Assembly (NCBI RefSeq): GCF_000015945.1
Contig: NC_009033.1
Location: 720,001-752,000 of the forward strand
Direction: 5' to 3'
DNA: 32,000 nt
Source: Staphylothermus marinus F1
GTDB taxonomy: Archaea; Thermoproteota; Thermoprotei_A; Sulfolobales; Desulfurococcaceae
The notes beneath the pieces were generated by a model, which was not told the DNA's origin, did not search any database, and saw only the letters and a program-made list of their open reading frames with translations. Both the position numbers and the translations under genes were made by a program. Numbering within the stretch: the stretch's first letter is position 1; each line of letters begins with the position of its first letter. Positions 16,500-25,488 of this stretch are shown here, piece by piece.

Positions 16500-18053
16500 A
16501 TGGAAATAGTTAATCTTGAACAACACCATTATGCTAGTAAAGAAGAAATCGTTGCTATATGGAGATGTTCCATATGCGGATACTATATGGAGTCTAATAT
16601 TCAGCCAAAATGTCCTAAACATGGAGTGCCCATGAAGCTCCAAGAGATCAGGGGAAGTATACCGAGTAGCAGGTTTCTAGTATTAGGGCTTCTAGGTAGA
16701 AAAGAATATGAGCCTAGAATAGTTGCTTATGTTAGAGTTGATACACCTATTCCATTAATGAATCGTAGATTACCTAATGGCAAAGTTGAGAAGATGATTA
16801 GAGAAAAAGTTTTCCCGAAGGAATGGTTTCACCCAACATTCTGGCCCACAGCATTATCTGAGAGAAGAAACATTATTTCTAGATACAAGTATTTAAAAAC
16901 AACTTATGGTAGAAGGCTGGCAAGAGCTATTGTTGGCGAAGAGGTTAGTGAGCAAGCATTAAAGATCGCCAATACTGCAGCCGCAAGAATAGCTAGAGTA
17001 GTAGTTCATCCTGATTATAGAGGAGACGGGCTAGGAGTATTATCTGTGAAAGCAGCTATTGAATGGATAAGAGAGCGTAGAATACCTGAAATGAAGAAAC
17101 GTAAACATATTGTTGAAACCATAGCTATGATGGCACGTTATAATCCATTCTTCGAGAAAGCCGGCTTCTATTATATGTGGGATACTGGGAGTGGGAGACC
17201 TGTTTTAATGTATCCATTAACACCAGAGGCGGAGAAGAGGATAAGAGAATTCCTAGAAAAAGATCCTTATGCTAAGATGCATGGCGGAAAACTGTATAAG
17301 TCTAGGTATGGTACTGTGGAAAAGATGAATGGCCCTATTATCATTGAAAACTTGACAAAAATATATTCTAGCATACTCGATGTTAAAAGACTGCCACCAA
17401 GACTTAGAGACGTATTATTAGCCTTCGGAGTTGAGAGAAGAGTTGTTGAGAAATATGTTTTGAGAAATGTGAACATAGTGATCGAGCCTGGCGAGATAGT
17501 CGTAGTAGTTGGTGCAAGTGGTGCTGGTAAAACAACTTTTCTAAGAATGATAATTGGAGCGGTTCAAAAAGAACTACAATCCCAAGACAAGTATAAGCCT
17601 ACTGAAGGAACAGTTAAGACGCCGCCAAATACTAGGTTACAAGCCCTATTACCAGGCGAGCTGGAACCAAGTTTTGGCTCGGAAACACTATTAGAACATG
17701 TAACTATGAAAATAGGTGATCCTGCAGCTGCGGTAGAAGTATTAAATATGGTGGGGTTAAGCGATGCAGTATTCTATAGAGCAAGATTCGCAGAGTTATC
17801 AACCGGTCAGAAGGAGAGAGCAAAACTTGCAAGTCTCCTCGCAGAAAAACCTAACTTATTAGTGATTGATGAGCTCACAGCACATCTCGACACCTTAACA
17901 GCACAAAGAGTCGCTAGAAAAGTAGGTTTACTAGCTAGGAAGGCAGGTATAACTCTAATAGTAGCTACTAATAGAAGCGAAATAATAGAAACACTAAACC
18001 CGGACAAGATAATCTATATAGGTTATGGAACAGCATTTCCCACGAAATCCTAA
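16500..18053 (+). CDS. Zn-ribbon + GNAT acetyltransferase + single ABC-type ATPase domain fusion (COG2401-like, function unknown)
   Basis: 517 aa. CSICG...CPKHG is at residues 23-41. GNAT motif A VVVHPDYRGDGLG is at about 167-179. Walker A GASGAGKTT is at 338-346, the signature LSTGQKERA at 433-441 and Walker B LLVIDE at 453-458. The H-loop position reads ATNR, with Asn in place of His. No permease or binding-protein gene is adjacent. Confidence 0.85.
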   Translation: MEIVNLEQHHYASKEEIVAIWRCSICGYYMESNIQPKCPKHGVPMKLQEIRGSIPSSRFLVLGLLGRKEYEPRIVAYVRVDTPIPLMNRRLPNGKVEKMIREKVFPKEWFHPTFWPTALSERRNIISRYKYLKTTYGRRLARAIVGEEVSEQALKIANTAAARIARVVVHPDYRGDGLGVLSVKAAIEWIRERRIPEMKKRKHIVETIAMMARYNPFFEKAGFYYMWDTGSGRPVLMYPLTPEAEKRIREFLEKDPYAKMHGGKLYKSRYGTVEKMNGPIIIENLTKIYSSILDVKRLPPRLRDVLLAFGVERRVVEKYVLRNVNIVIEPGEIVVVVGASGAGKTTFLRMIIGAVQKELQSQDKYKPTEGTVKTPPNTRLQALLPGELEPSFGSETLLEHVTMKIGDPAAAVEVLNMVGLSDAVFYRARFAELSTGQKERAKLASLLAEKPNLLVIDELTAHLDTLTAQRVARKVGLLARKAGITLIVATNRSEIIETLNPDKIIYIGYGTAFPTKS

Positions 18054-18154
18054 CATTTATGGTAAATAATGTGTTTGAATTATACAAAATAAACCCTTTT
18101 AACAAAAAATCTTTCTGGACAAAGAATACCAGGAAAGTTAATAGGTTGATCAAA

Positions 18155-18778
18155 ATGAAGATCCTTGTCCTAGCTAGTAGTAGTCAGCGAAGAATAGAAT
18201 TGCTAAGAAAGCTTGGAGCAGACTTTATAGTTATCCCTCCAAGAATTACTGAGAGAATATATGATGACCCAGCTAAGACTGTATTAGAAAATGCGTTTTC
18301 AAAAGCTAACTATGCTCTAGTATATGCCCCTGAGAACTCGATCATTATTGGGATGGATACTGTAATTTTCTCTCACGAACTAGGAGTCATTGGTAAGCCT
18401 ACAACAATTGAGGAAGCAACACATATACTTAAACTACTACGTGGAAAATGGCACTCCGTATATACTGGTGTATATATTATAGAAAAGAATAATCTCAAAT
18501 ACAAATCATTTATTGAAGAAACAAGAGTGAAAATGAGGAATTTCAGCGACGAAGAATTAACACTATATATTTCAAGCCTCGAACCACTCATGAAGGCAGG
18601 CGGTTATGCCATACAAGGACTGGGAGCATTGCTTATAGAAACAATTGTAGGCGACTACTACAACGTTGTAGGAATACCTATTACAAAACTCTACATCACG
18701 TTGAAGAAGTATTTCGGAGTAGACCTACTAAGGGAGGCGGTGAGGAAACGTGTTGTTGGAAAAACTAGAACCATATGA
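18155..18778 (+). CDS. maf: Maf-like nucleoside triphosphate pyrophosphatase
   Basis: MKILVLASSSQRRIELL..LG matches the Maf N-terminal signature, and GKP....EA...L..L.G..H.V.TGV and AGGYAIQG are also present. ATG 18155 is preferred over the track start at 18059 because homology begins there. Confidence 0.85.
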   Translation: MKILVLASSSQRRIELLRKLGADFIVIPPRITERIYDDPAKTVLENAFSKANYALVYAPENSIIIGMDTVIFSHELGVIGKPTTIEEATHILKLLRGKWHSVYTGVYIIEKNNLKYKSFIEETRVKMRNFSDEELTLYISSLEPLMKAGGYAIQGLGALLIETIVGDYYNVVGIPITKLYITLKKYFGVDLLREAVRKRVVGKTRTI

Positions 18779-19889
18779 AATATTTACTCTGAGACCAGAT
18801 GCGTTCTGGATATGGAATAACGAAGAAGTCAAAGAAAGGCTTTCTTGGTATTATCAAGTAATGATAAATAAGAAACCAGCAAAATTCATCATAGCTAAAC
18901 ATATAGAATCACCTGTTAACCCTTATGAAGTAGAGGATCAGAGGGAATTATGGAAAATACATGACAGTTTAGAAAAGGAATTCGTAAAAATCTATAAAGA
19001 GATAAGAAATGATCGATTGAAACTTGAAGAATTACATAAGCCCAAATATAGTTTTCTAGACGTTAAAATAGCATTAGCTAAATCATATCTTAAAAACTGT
19101 AGACTATGTGAGTGGAAATGCGGAGTAAATAGATTAAGCGGTAGACCAGGAATATGTATGATGGATAAAGACTGTATAGTCCACTCTTATTTCCATCACA
19201 TGGGAGAAGAAGCCCCACTAGTACCTAGTGGGACAATATTTTATGGAGGATGTAATTTCAGATGCGTATATTGTCAAAACTATGATATAAGCCAATTATA
19301 TGCTAGGCATGGTGAAAGAGTTGATTCGAGGAAACTGGCTATTATACAAGAGACTCTGAGGAAAACAGGTGCTAGAAACATTAACCATGTTGGGGGAGAA
19401 CCGACTCCACATATACCCTTCATAGTTGAGAGCTTCAAATACTTAAACATTAATGTTCCACAACTATGGAATAGCAACATGTACTTGTCACTGGAAGCAA
19501 TGAAGATCATAAAGGACCTAATAGATATATGGTTACCGGATTTCAAATATGGAAATAACCAGTGTGCTTGGAGATATTCTAAAGCTAGAAACTACTGGGA
19601 AATAATTACTAGAAACATAAAAATAGCTTATCAAAATGGAGACATGATAATTAGACACCTCGTTCTACCGAACCATATAGAATGTTGTACAAGAAAAGTT
19701 CTTGAATGGATAGCTAAAAACACTCCTAGAGCATTAGTGAACATAATGGACCAATATAGGCCTGAACACTTAGTCGCTAAATATCCCGAAAAATTCCCTG
19801 AGATAGCTAGGAGACCGTATAGAAATGAAATATTGGAAGCATATAAAATAGCTGATGAGCTAGGAATACTATATAAGCCAATATCATAG
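18750..19889 (+). CDS. Radical SAM protein, PflX-like (homologue of pyruvate formate-lyase activating enzymes; COG1313 from memory)
   Basis: CNFRCVYCQN is a CxxxCxxC cluster motif. The GTG start at 18750 is preceded by GGTGA-N6 located inside the 3' end of maf, giving a 29-nt overlap. Confidence 0.8.
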   Translation: MLLEKLEPYEIFTLRPDAFWIWNNEEVKERLSWYYQVMINKKPAKFIIAKHIESPVNPYEVEDQRELWKIHDSLEKEFVKIYKEIRNDRLKLEELHKPKYSFLDVKIALAKSYLKNCRLCEWKCGVNRLSGRPGICMMDKDCIVHSYFHHMGEEAPLVPSGTIFYGGCNFRCVYCQNYDISQLYARHGERVDSRKLAIIQETLRKTGARNINHVGGEPTPHIPFIVESFKYLNINVPQLWNSNMYLSLEAMKIIKDLIDIWLPDFKYGNNQCAWRYSKARNYWEIITRNIKIAYQNGDMIIRHLVLPNHIECCTRKVLEWIAKNTPRALVNIMDQYRPEHLVAKYPEKFPEIARRPYRNEILEAYKIADELGILYKPIS

Positions 19890-19916
19890 ATAATCATAAA
19901 TTCTCGGTGGACAAGC

Positions 19917-20348
19917 TTGAGTAAAAATGCCGAAGAAGAAAGTATTTATGAAAAAGTATCTGAATACTGGTTTCTGGATCATTACCGCGTCCTATTTGTG
20001 AAAGTAGATGAAAAAACAACTGTTGTATCAGTAGATGTTTATAGGAGGAGATGGCCGTTTGACAACTATGATGAAGAAATATGTGTTTCGGAGAATAAGT
20101 ACTGTATAGTATATAAGAACATAGATAACCATAGAGAACATATAAATGCTGATATAGAAAAAATCGTTGTAGCAGGGATCAAAACTCCTGAAGGAATAGA
20201 AACAGTTAATGTAAGATGGTTTATTACTGGAAATATTAGCTTTAAAGATGCTGAAAAACTATTTTATGAATCATGGAAGCTTATAGGTTGTAAGGGTCCA
20301 AAAAATGATCCCTGGCATACTTATTGCCCCGAGGATTTTGATCCGTGA
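19917..20348 (+). CDS. Hypothetical protein
   Basis: 143-aa ORF with a TTG start and GGTGGA-N5 upstream. No recognisable family. Its 3' end overlaps the convergent glycerate kinase gene by 28 nt. Confidence 0.5.
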   Translation: MSKNAEEESIYEKVSEYWFLDHYRVLFVKVDEKTTVVSVDVYRRRWPFDNYDEEICVSENKYCIVYKNIDNHREHINADIEKIVVAGIKTPEGIETVNVRWFITGNISFKDAEKLFYESWKLIGCKGPKNDPWHTYCPEDFDP

Positions 20349-21670
20349 ATAATTACTGCTACAACAATATTTACATTAGTCCCCGTAGGCCCTGTTATTA
20401 TTAATCCGTTATATTTCCTGAAAAACTCGTATGAATTATGTTCTCTGAGATAACTCCATGGAGAATCCCTGTTTTTACTCATATTTTCCCATACCTCGTA
20501 ATCTCCGTAAGCACCTGCAGCATCTGAAAAACCATCCACTCCATCAGTATCAAATGCAATTATAGATAAGTCTCTCCTACCCCTAGTAGTTGCTAAAAAT
20601 GATAATACAAGTTCTTGGCACCTACCACCTTTCCCGTATCTCTGCCCCTTCAAACTAACATTTGGTTCTCCACCAAGTAGTAAAACCAGAGGTTTCTGTC
20701 CTAAAAGGTCTCTATCGCTTATATCCATAGCTATTGATGCAAGAACTTTTCCGACCTCGGAGCTTTCTCCTTCAAGCCTAGTAGTTAGAATATATGGTGT
20801 ATATCCTTTATCTCTAAAGTATTCGCTTAACTTTCTTAGAACAGTATAGTTTGACGCTATAATCTTATTGATAGTTTTCCTAAATACTGGGTGATCATGT
20901 TTTGGGGTTTCTTCTATTTCGCCGCGAATTCCTTTCTCAATAACTATTCTAACGCTTTCCGGAACCTTATCCCATAAATCATATCTCTCTAACACGTTTT
21001 TAGCATCAATATATGTTGATGAATCAGGAACTGTGGGGCCTGATGCTATATATTCTGGATTATCTCCTGGCACATCACTTATCATTAATGATACAATATA
21101 TTTCGCCTTGCCTGCTTTAACAGCTAAGCGTCCACCCTTTATTTCTGATAAATGTTTTCGAACAATATTTATTTCTCGTATATCAGCGCCGCTCTCCAAT
21201 AGAAGCTTGTTTGTTATTTTTAGGTCATCTAGGGTTATTGGCTGAATAGGTTTCTCCATTAAAGCGGATCCGCCGCCACTGATTAAACTGATCAATACAT
21301 CGTTTTCCCCTGCTTTCCCAGCTATATCTAGGATTTTCTCAGCCGCCTTAATACTTCCCTCGTTGGGTATTGGGTGACCGGCTTCAACTAATTGTATTTT
21401 CTCAAGCTTGTATAGGTCAGACATATAGTAAGGTATAGCAATAACTCCTTTCTCTATTAGATTACCCAGTATTCTCTCAATAGCTAATGCCATTTTTCCA
21501 CTAGCTTTACCAGCTCCTACAACATATATTTTTCCATTTTCAAGACAGATCCTTCTACTATCAATATATAAGCAATTATTGTCTCGGCGAATATGGAGTG
21601 GAAGAATTTTTTCCGGATCAGATACTTTGATAGCTACATTAACTATTTCTCTATAAAACTCCTTATCTAT
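20321..21670 (-). CDS. gck: Glycerate 2-kinase / hydroxypyruvate reductase-like protein (DUF4147 + MOFRL family)
   Basis: The C-terminus GGEPNVSLKG...GKGGRCQELVLSF...AFDTDGVDG.SDAAGAY is typical of MOFRL. The track ORF starts at ATG 21493, but the in-frame upstream sequence encodes ...DPEKILPLHI....ENGKIYVVGAGKASGK(M)ALAIE, which is the conserved family N-terminus. No ATG, GTG or TTG lies between the stop at 21677-21679 and 21493. I extended the CDS to ATA 21670, which is preceded by GGTGA-N6. Confidence 0.8.
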   Translation of the reverse strand: MDKEFYREIVNVAIKVSDPEKILPLHIRRDNNCLYIDSRRICLENGKIYVVGAGKASGKMALAIERILGNLIEKGVIAIPYYMSDLYKLEKIQLVEAGHPIPNEGSIKAAEKILDIAGKAGENDVLISLISGGGSALMEKPIQPITLDDLKITNKLLLESGADIREINIVRKHLSEIKGGRLAVKAGKAKYIVSLMISDVPGDNPEYIASGPTVPDSSTYIDAKNVLERYDLWDKVPESVRIVIEKGIRGEIEETPKHDHPVFRKTINKIIASNYTVLRKLSEYFRDKGYTPYILTTRLEGESSEVGKVLASIAMDISDRDLLGQKPLVLLLGGEPNVSLKGQRYGKGGRCQELVLSFLATTRGRRDLSIIAFDTDGVDGFSDAAGAYGDYEVWENMSKNRDSPWSYLREHNSYEFFRKYNGLIITGPTGTNVNIVVAVIIHGSKSSGQ

Positions 21671-21775
21671 AACTACTCACCCGGGAAACCTTATTTTACT
21701 CTGTTAAATAACTATTCTTTGACATATATAATATGGTTGCATCGGAGAAAAGAACGTTAAACAGGTTGAGAAGAA

Positions 21776-24223
21776 TTGAGTGAACAACGTTTTAAGCCGT
21801 TGATCGAGGAGAAGAGATGGAATATTAAATGGGAAAAAGATCTTTATAAGAAATGGGAGGAAATGGGTCTTTTCAAGTTTACGTTTAGAGAAGATGATCC
21901 TAGAGAAATAATTGCTATAGACACTCCACCCCCATATGCCAGTGGTAAATGGCATGTTGGAGGAGCTGCTCATTATGCCCAGATAGATATGATTGCTAGG
22001 TATTTCCGTATGAAGGGATACAATGTCTTAGTCCCCTTCTACGCTGACCGAAATGGTTTACCAGTAGAAGTTCAAGTTGAAAAAACATATGGTATTAATC
22101 CACATGAAATCTCAAAAACTCCTGAGGGTAGAGAAGAGTTTCTAAGACTTTGCAGAAAATTCTTGGATAAAGCCGAAGAAGACATAGTGAAGATCTGGAG
22201 GATGCTTGGATGCAGTTTTGATTATTGGAGAAACGGTACAGACAGCGAAGAATATAGGAAGATTACCCAAGCCACATTCATAGAACTCTACAAGAAAGGA
22301 TTAATCTATGAAGCAGAAAGACCTGTTAACTGGTGTCCTAGATGTAAGACAACACTAGCTGATGCAGAGCTGGAGCACAAGGAGGCGGAGGGATACTTAT
22401 ACTATATCAAGTTCAAAGTAAAAGAGACCGGGGAAGAAGTAATAGTAGCAACTACTAGACCTGAAATGCTGAGAGCTTGTAAAGCACTAGTTTTTCATCC
22501 AGAAGATGATAGGTATAAGCATTTAAACGGGCTACATGCGATTAATCCACTATACGGGCACGAAATGATCATCACGACATATCCAGAAGTAGATCCCGAA
22601 TTCGGCACAGGACTTGTAATGGTTTGTAGCTATGGTGACCAAACAGATGTTAAAATGTTTAGAGACCTCGGATTAAAACCCACTATAATAATCGATAAGG
22701 ATGGAAGACTAACACAGGTAGCAGGACCTTTAAGCGGATTAAAAGTTGAAGAAGCTAGGAGAAAAGCAGCCGAGATCCTAGAGGAGAAAGGTCTTCTAGT
22801 TAAGAAAGAGAAGATCAAGCACAGTGTTCCAGTGTGTTGGAGATGCAAGACACCTATACAAATAATACATACTAAGGAATGGTTTTTGAAACAACTAGAT
22901 TTCAAGGATGAAATTAGGAAAATTGCTAAAACTATAGAGTTCAAACCCGAAATGCACCGTAAAAAACTACTAGACTGGATAGATAGTGTATCATCCGACT
23001 GGCCTATAAGTCGAGACAGATACTATGCAACCGAAGTCCCAGTATGGAGATGCAGAAAGTGTGGCTCAGTACTACTCCCCGAACCAGGCAAATATTATAG
23101 GCCATGGAAAGACGAGCCTCCATGGGATAAATGCCCTGTTTGTGGAGCTCCGAAAGAATACTTGGAGGGGGAAAAGAAGGTTTTCGATACATGGTTTGAT
23201 AGCAGTATATCAGTATTATATGTTACCGGGTATAAGAGAAACGATAAATTGTTTAGAAAAGCATTCAAATATACTCTAAGACCTCAGGGACAAGACATTA
23301 TACGTACATGGCTCTACTATAGCTTACTAAGAGTATACCAGTTAACAGGTAAACCAGCGTTTAAATGGGTAAGAATAACTGGTATGGGATTAGATGAGAA
23401 AGGAGAAGCAATGCATAAATCTAAAGGTAACGTAATAGATCCAGAACCATACATAGAGAAATATGGAGCCGACGCCTTCAGATACTGGGCTGCTGCTTCT
23501 GCTAAGCTAGGATACGATTATAGATTCTCAGAACAAGTCATTAGAACAGGATTCTTATTCGCTACAAAACTATGGAACATTGCACGTTTCATATCAATGT
23601 TTCAAAAACCTGAAAAGAAACCTATGCTGAGACCATTAGATGAAGCTACAATAGCTTATTTCAATAATATGTTGAAAGAAATAGATGAAGCTTATAGTAA
23701 CCTAGACGTTTTCGAACCAATAACAAGTATTTACCAGTTCATCTGGAACTATTTCGCATCACACTATATAGAACTAGTAAAGTCTAGAGCCTACAATAGA
23801 GAAAACAAGTATAGCCGAGAAGAACAAGAAGCTGCATGGTATACATTACACTATATTCTGAACAGGACTCTGAGAGCACTAGCACCAATAATGCCCTTCG
23901 TAACAGATGCTCTGTATACGAGGCTTTATGGTAAAACTGTTCATTTAGAAAAATTCCCTGAACCAGAAAAAGAATGGCTGAATAAAGACTATCAACTAGC
24001 ACTACTCGTGCAAAAGATTAACTCAGCAATTTGGAGCTATAAGAAGAAAAACAATATAAAATTCAAAGAAAAACTAACAAAGAAAATATACTTACCCATA
24101 GAAGCTGAGAAAGCTTTGAAAGAAATCGTTGACTTACACAAGCTGGTGAACATAGAATTCCATAGTGGATCCCCTCCTGCAAACGCTGAGAAAATAGGTG
24201 AAGAAGTATATATTGAGAAATAA
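21776..24223 (+). CDS. valS: Valyl-tRNA synthetase (class Ia)
   Basis: 815 aa. Matches TPPPYASGKWHVGGAAHY (HIGH region), the editing domain ATTRPEML...VFHPEDDRY and GTGLVMVCSYGD, DTWFDSS, RPQGQDIIRTW, and AMHKSKGN (KMSKS region). TTG start. Confidence 0.8.
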   Translation: MSEQRFKPLIEEKRWNIKWEKDLYKKWEEMGLFKFTFREDDPREIIAIDTPPPYASGKWHVGGAAHYAQIDMIARYFRMKGYNVLVPFYADRNGLPVEVQVEKTYGINPHEISKTPEGREEFLRLCRKFLDKAEEDIVKIWRMLGCSFDYWRNGTDSEEYRKITQATFIELYKKGLIYEAERPVNWCPRCKTTLADAELEHKEAEGYLYYIKFKVKETGEEVIVATTRPEMLRACKALVFHPEDDRYKHLNGLHAINPLYGHEMIITTYPEVDPEFGTGLVMVCSYGDQTDVKMFRDLGLKPTIIIDKDGRLTQVAGPLSGLKVEEARRKAAEILEEKGLLVKKEKIKHSVPVCWRCKTPIQIIHTKEWFLKQLDFKDEIRKIAKTIEFKPEMHRKKLLDWIDSVSSDWPISRDRYYATEVPVWRCRKCGSVLLPEPGKYYRPWKDEPPWDKCPVCGAPKEYLEGEKKVFDTWFDSSISVLYVTGYKRNDKLFRKAFKYTLRPQGQDIIRTWLYYSLLRVYQLTGKPAFKWVRITGMGLDEKGEAMHKSKGNVIDPEPYIEKYGADAFRYWAAASAKLGYDYRFSEQVIRTGFLFATKLWNIARFISMFQKPEKKPMLRPLDEATIAYFNNMLKEIDEAYSNLDVFEPITSIYQFIWNYFASHYIELVKSRAYNRENKYSREEQEAAWYTLHYILNRTLRALAPIMPFVTDALYTRLYGKTVHLEKFPEPEKEWLNKDYQLALLVQKINSAIWSYKKKNNIKFKEKLTKKIYLPIEAEKALKEIVDLHKLVNIEFHSGSPPANAEKIGEEVYIEK

Positions 24224-24251
24224 ATACAACCTTATCTAGATACGTTATATT

Positions 24252-24938
24252 TTATCTTCCAAGGAATTTCCGGATTCTTCTCTCTATACTCCACTCTACC
24301 TTCTTGATAAATACTTTAAAAGGGGGGTATCCAAAATGTGGATGTACATTTCCATTCTTTATAGCTTTGAATACTGATTCTACAGATAATTCATCTAGTT
24401 CTAGAACTGTATATGCCGAACCGATTGCTTCGGGGATGTGGGCGTCACTATTAGCAATACCCGGTAATCCTAGGATTTTTGAAGCTCTTAATGCTTCACG
24501 ATTAGCTCGTGGATCAGCTGAGGCATTCCAAACCTCGATAGCATCCCATCCATTATACTCGAATAATGCATCTCCTATACCAAGTCTTAACGTATCAAAA
24601 GGATGTGCTGGCACAACTAAACAGTTGTTCTCGTGGGCTTTATCTATTAAGTAGTCTATTCTTCTAGGCACATCTATTGGTTCATAACAATATACTAGTA
24701 TGTCTCCTTTATCTGTTCTAACTTCATTACCAATTATGACTAGGAGTTGTTCATCATATTCTCTAACTAGATCCTTTGCTAGTCTACTTGCTATAATAGA
24801 TCCTTGGAAGGAGTTGTGATCAGTGATTGATATAATATTTAAACCCTTATATATTGCTGTTAAAATAATTTCTTTAGGACTAGCTCTTCCATCACTATAT
24901 GTTGAATGAATATGCATATCCGCTAATGCTTTAAACAA
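24252..24938 (-). CDS. PHP-domain metal-dependent phosphoesterase
   Basis: ADMHIHSTYSDG, ITDHN, PAHP and SDAH form the His/Asp motif series of the PHP family. TTG start with GGTGA-N7. Confidence 0.8.
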   Translation of the reverse strand: MFKALADMHIHSTYSDGRASPKEIILTAIYKGLNIISITDHNSFQGSIIASRLAKDLVREYDEQLLVIIGNEVRTDKGDILVYCYEPIDVPRRIDYLIDKAHENNCLVVPAHPFDTLRLGIGDALFEYNGWDAIEVWNASADPRANREALRASKILGLPGIANSDAHIPEAIGSAYTVLELDELSVESVFKAIKNGNVHPHFGYPPFKVFIKKVEWSIERRIRKFLGR

Positions 24939-24967
24939 ACCATCTTCACCACGTGGTGTTATATTAG

Positions 24968-25156
24968 TTGGTTAACATCATCATAGATAGTGAAAAATGT
25001 GATCTTTGTAGTTTATGCGTTGAATACTGTCCTACACATGTATTCTATATAAGAGCTAATAGAGTTTTTGCAGATAATAATAAATGTGTTGAATGCTATG
25101 CTTGTATACCGTTATGTCCTAGAAATGCTATAACAATTAAGAATTCTGATCCGTAG
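24968..25156 (+). CDS. 2x[4Fe-4S] ferredoxin
   Basis: 62 aa with CDLCSLCVEYCP and CVECYACIPLCP (two CxxCxxCxxxCP motifs). Confidence 0.8.
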   Translation: MVNIIIDSEKCDLCSLCVEYCPTHVFYIRANRVFADNNKCVECYACIPLCPRNAITIKNSDP

Positions 25157-25159
25157 AGA

Positions 25160-25399
25160 TTATAAATAATAAGGCTTTAATTCTCCGCCACAATACGGAC
25201 ATCTATAATGCAGTCTCTTAGCATCTGCTGCACAGAAGAATGCTTCTCTCCCATTAGCTAAGCATTTCGGACAATAATATGCATCGCCTGTATCAACTGC
25301 TTTAAACAAATCAATGTCTTTATGACAAATAGAACACTTAACAGTAGTCCATCCCTTATGACCGCTCTTATTAACACCCTTAAGCAAACCTATAGTCAT
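25160..25399 (-). CDS. Small zinc-ribbon protein of unknown function
   Basis: 79 aa with the pairs CSIC, CPKC and CPYC plus additional Cys residues. Convergent with the ferredoxin gene, with a 3-nt gap. Confidence 0.55.
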   Translation of the reverse strand: MTIGLLKGVNKSGHKGWTTVKCSICHKDIDLFKAVDTGDAYYCPKCLANGREAFFCAADAKRLHYRCPYCGGELKPYYL

Positions 25400-25488
25400 A
25401 CCTATACACCGCCATAACCCAGCTATTGCTAGGGAAAATAAATAATCAATGACCTAATAAATGTTTATCTTAGAGGTGTTATAGAATA

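Noticed and set aside
16276-16643. Minus-strand ORFs of 64 aa and 99 aa across the structured element and the start of the GNAT-ABC gene
   Set aside because: They are Gly/Pro/Ser-rich translations of the GC-rich helices. They have no SD and overlap a well-supported CDS start.
16500-18053. Conventional ABC transporter ATPase
   Set aside because: There is no membrane permease or solute-binding gene in the vicinity. The protein has a single NBD fused to GNAT and Zn-ribbon domains.
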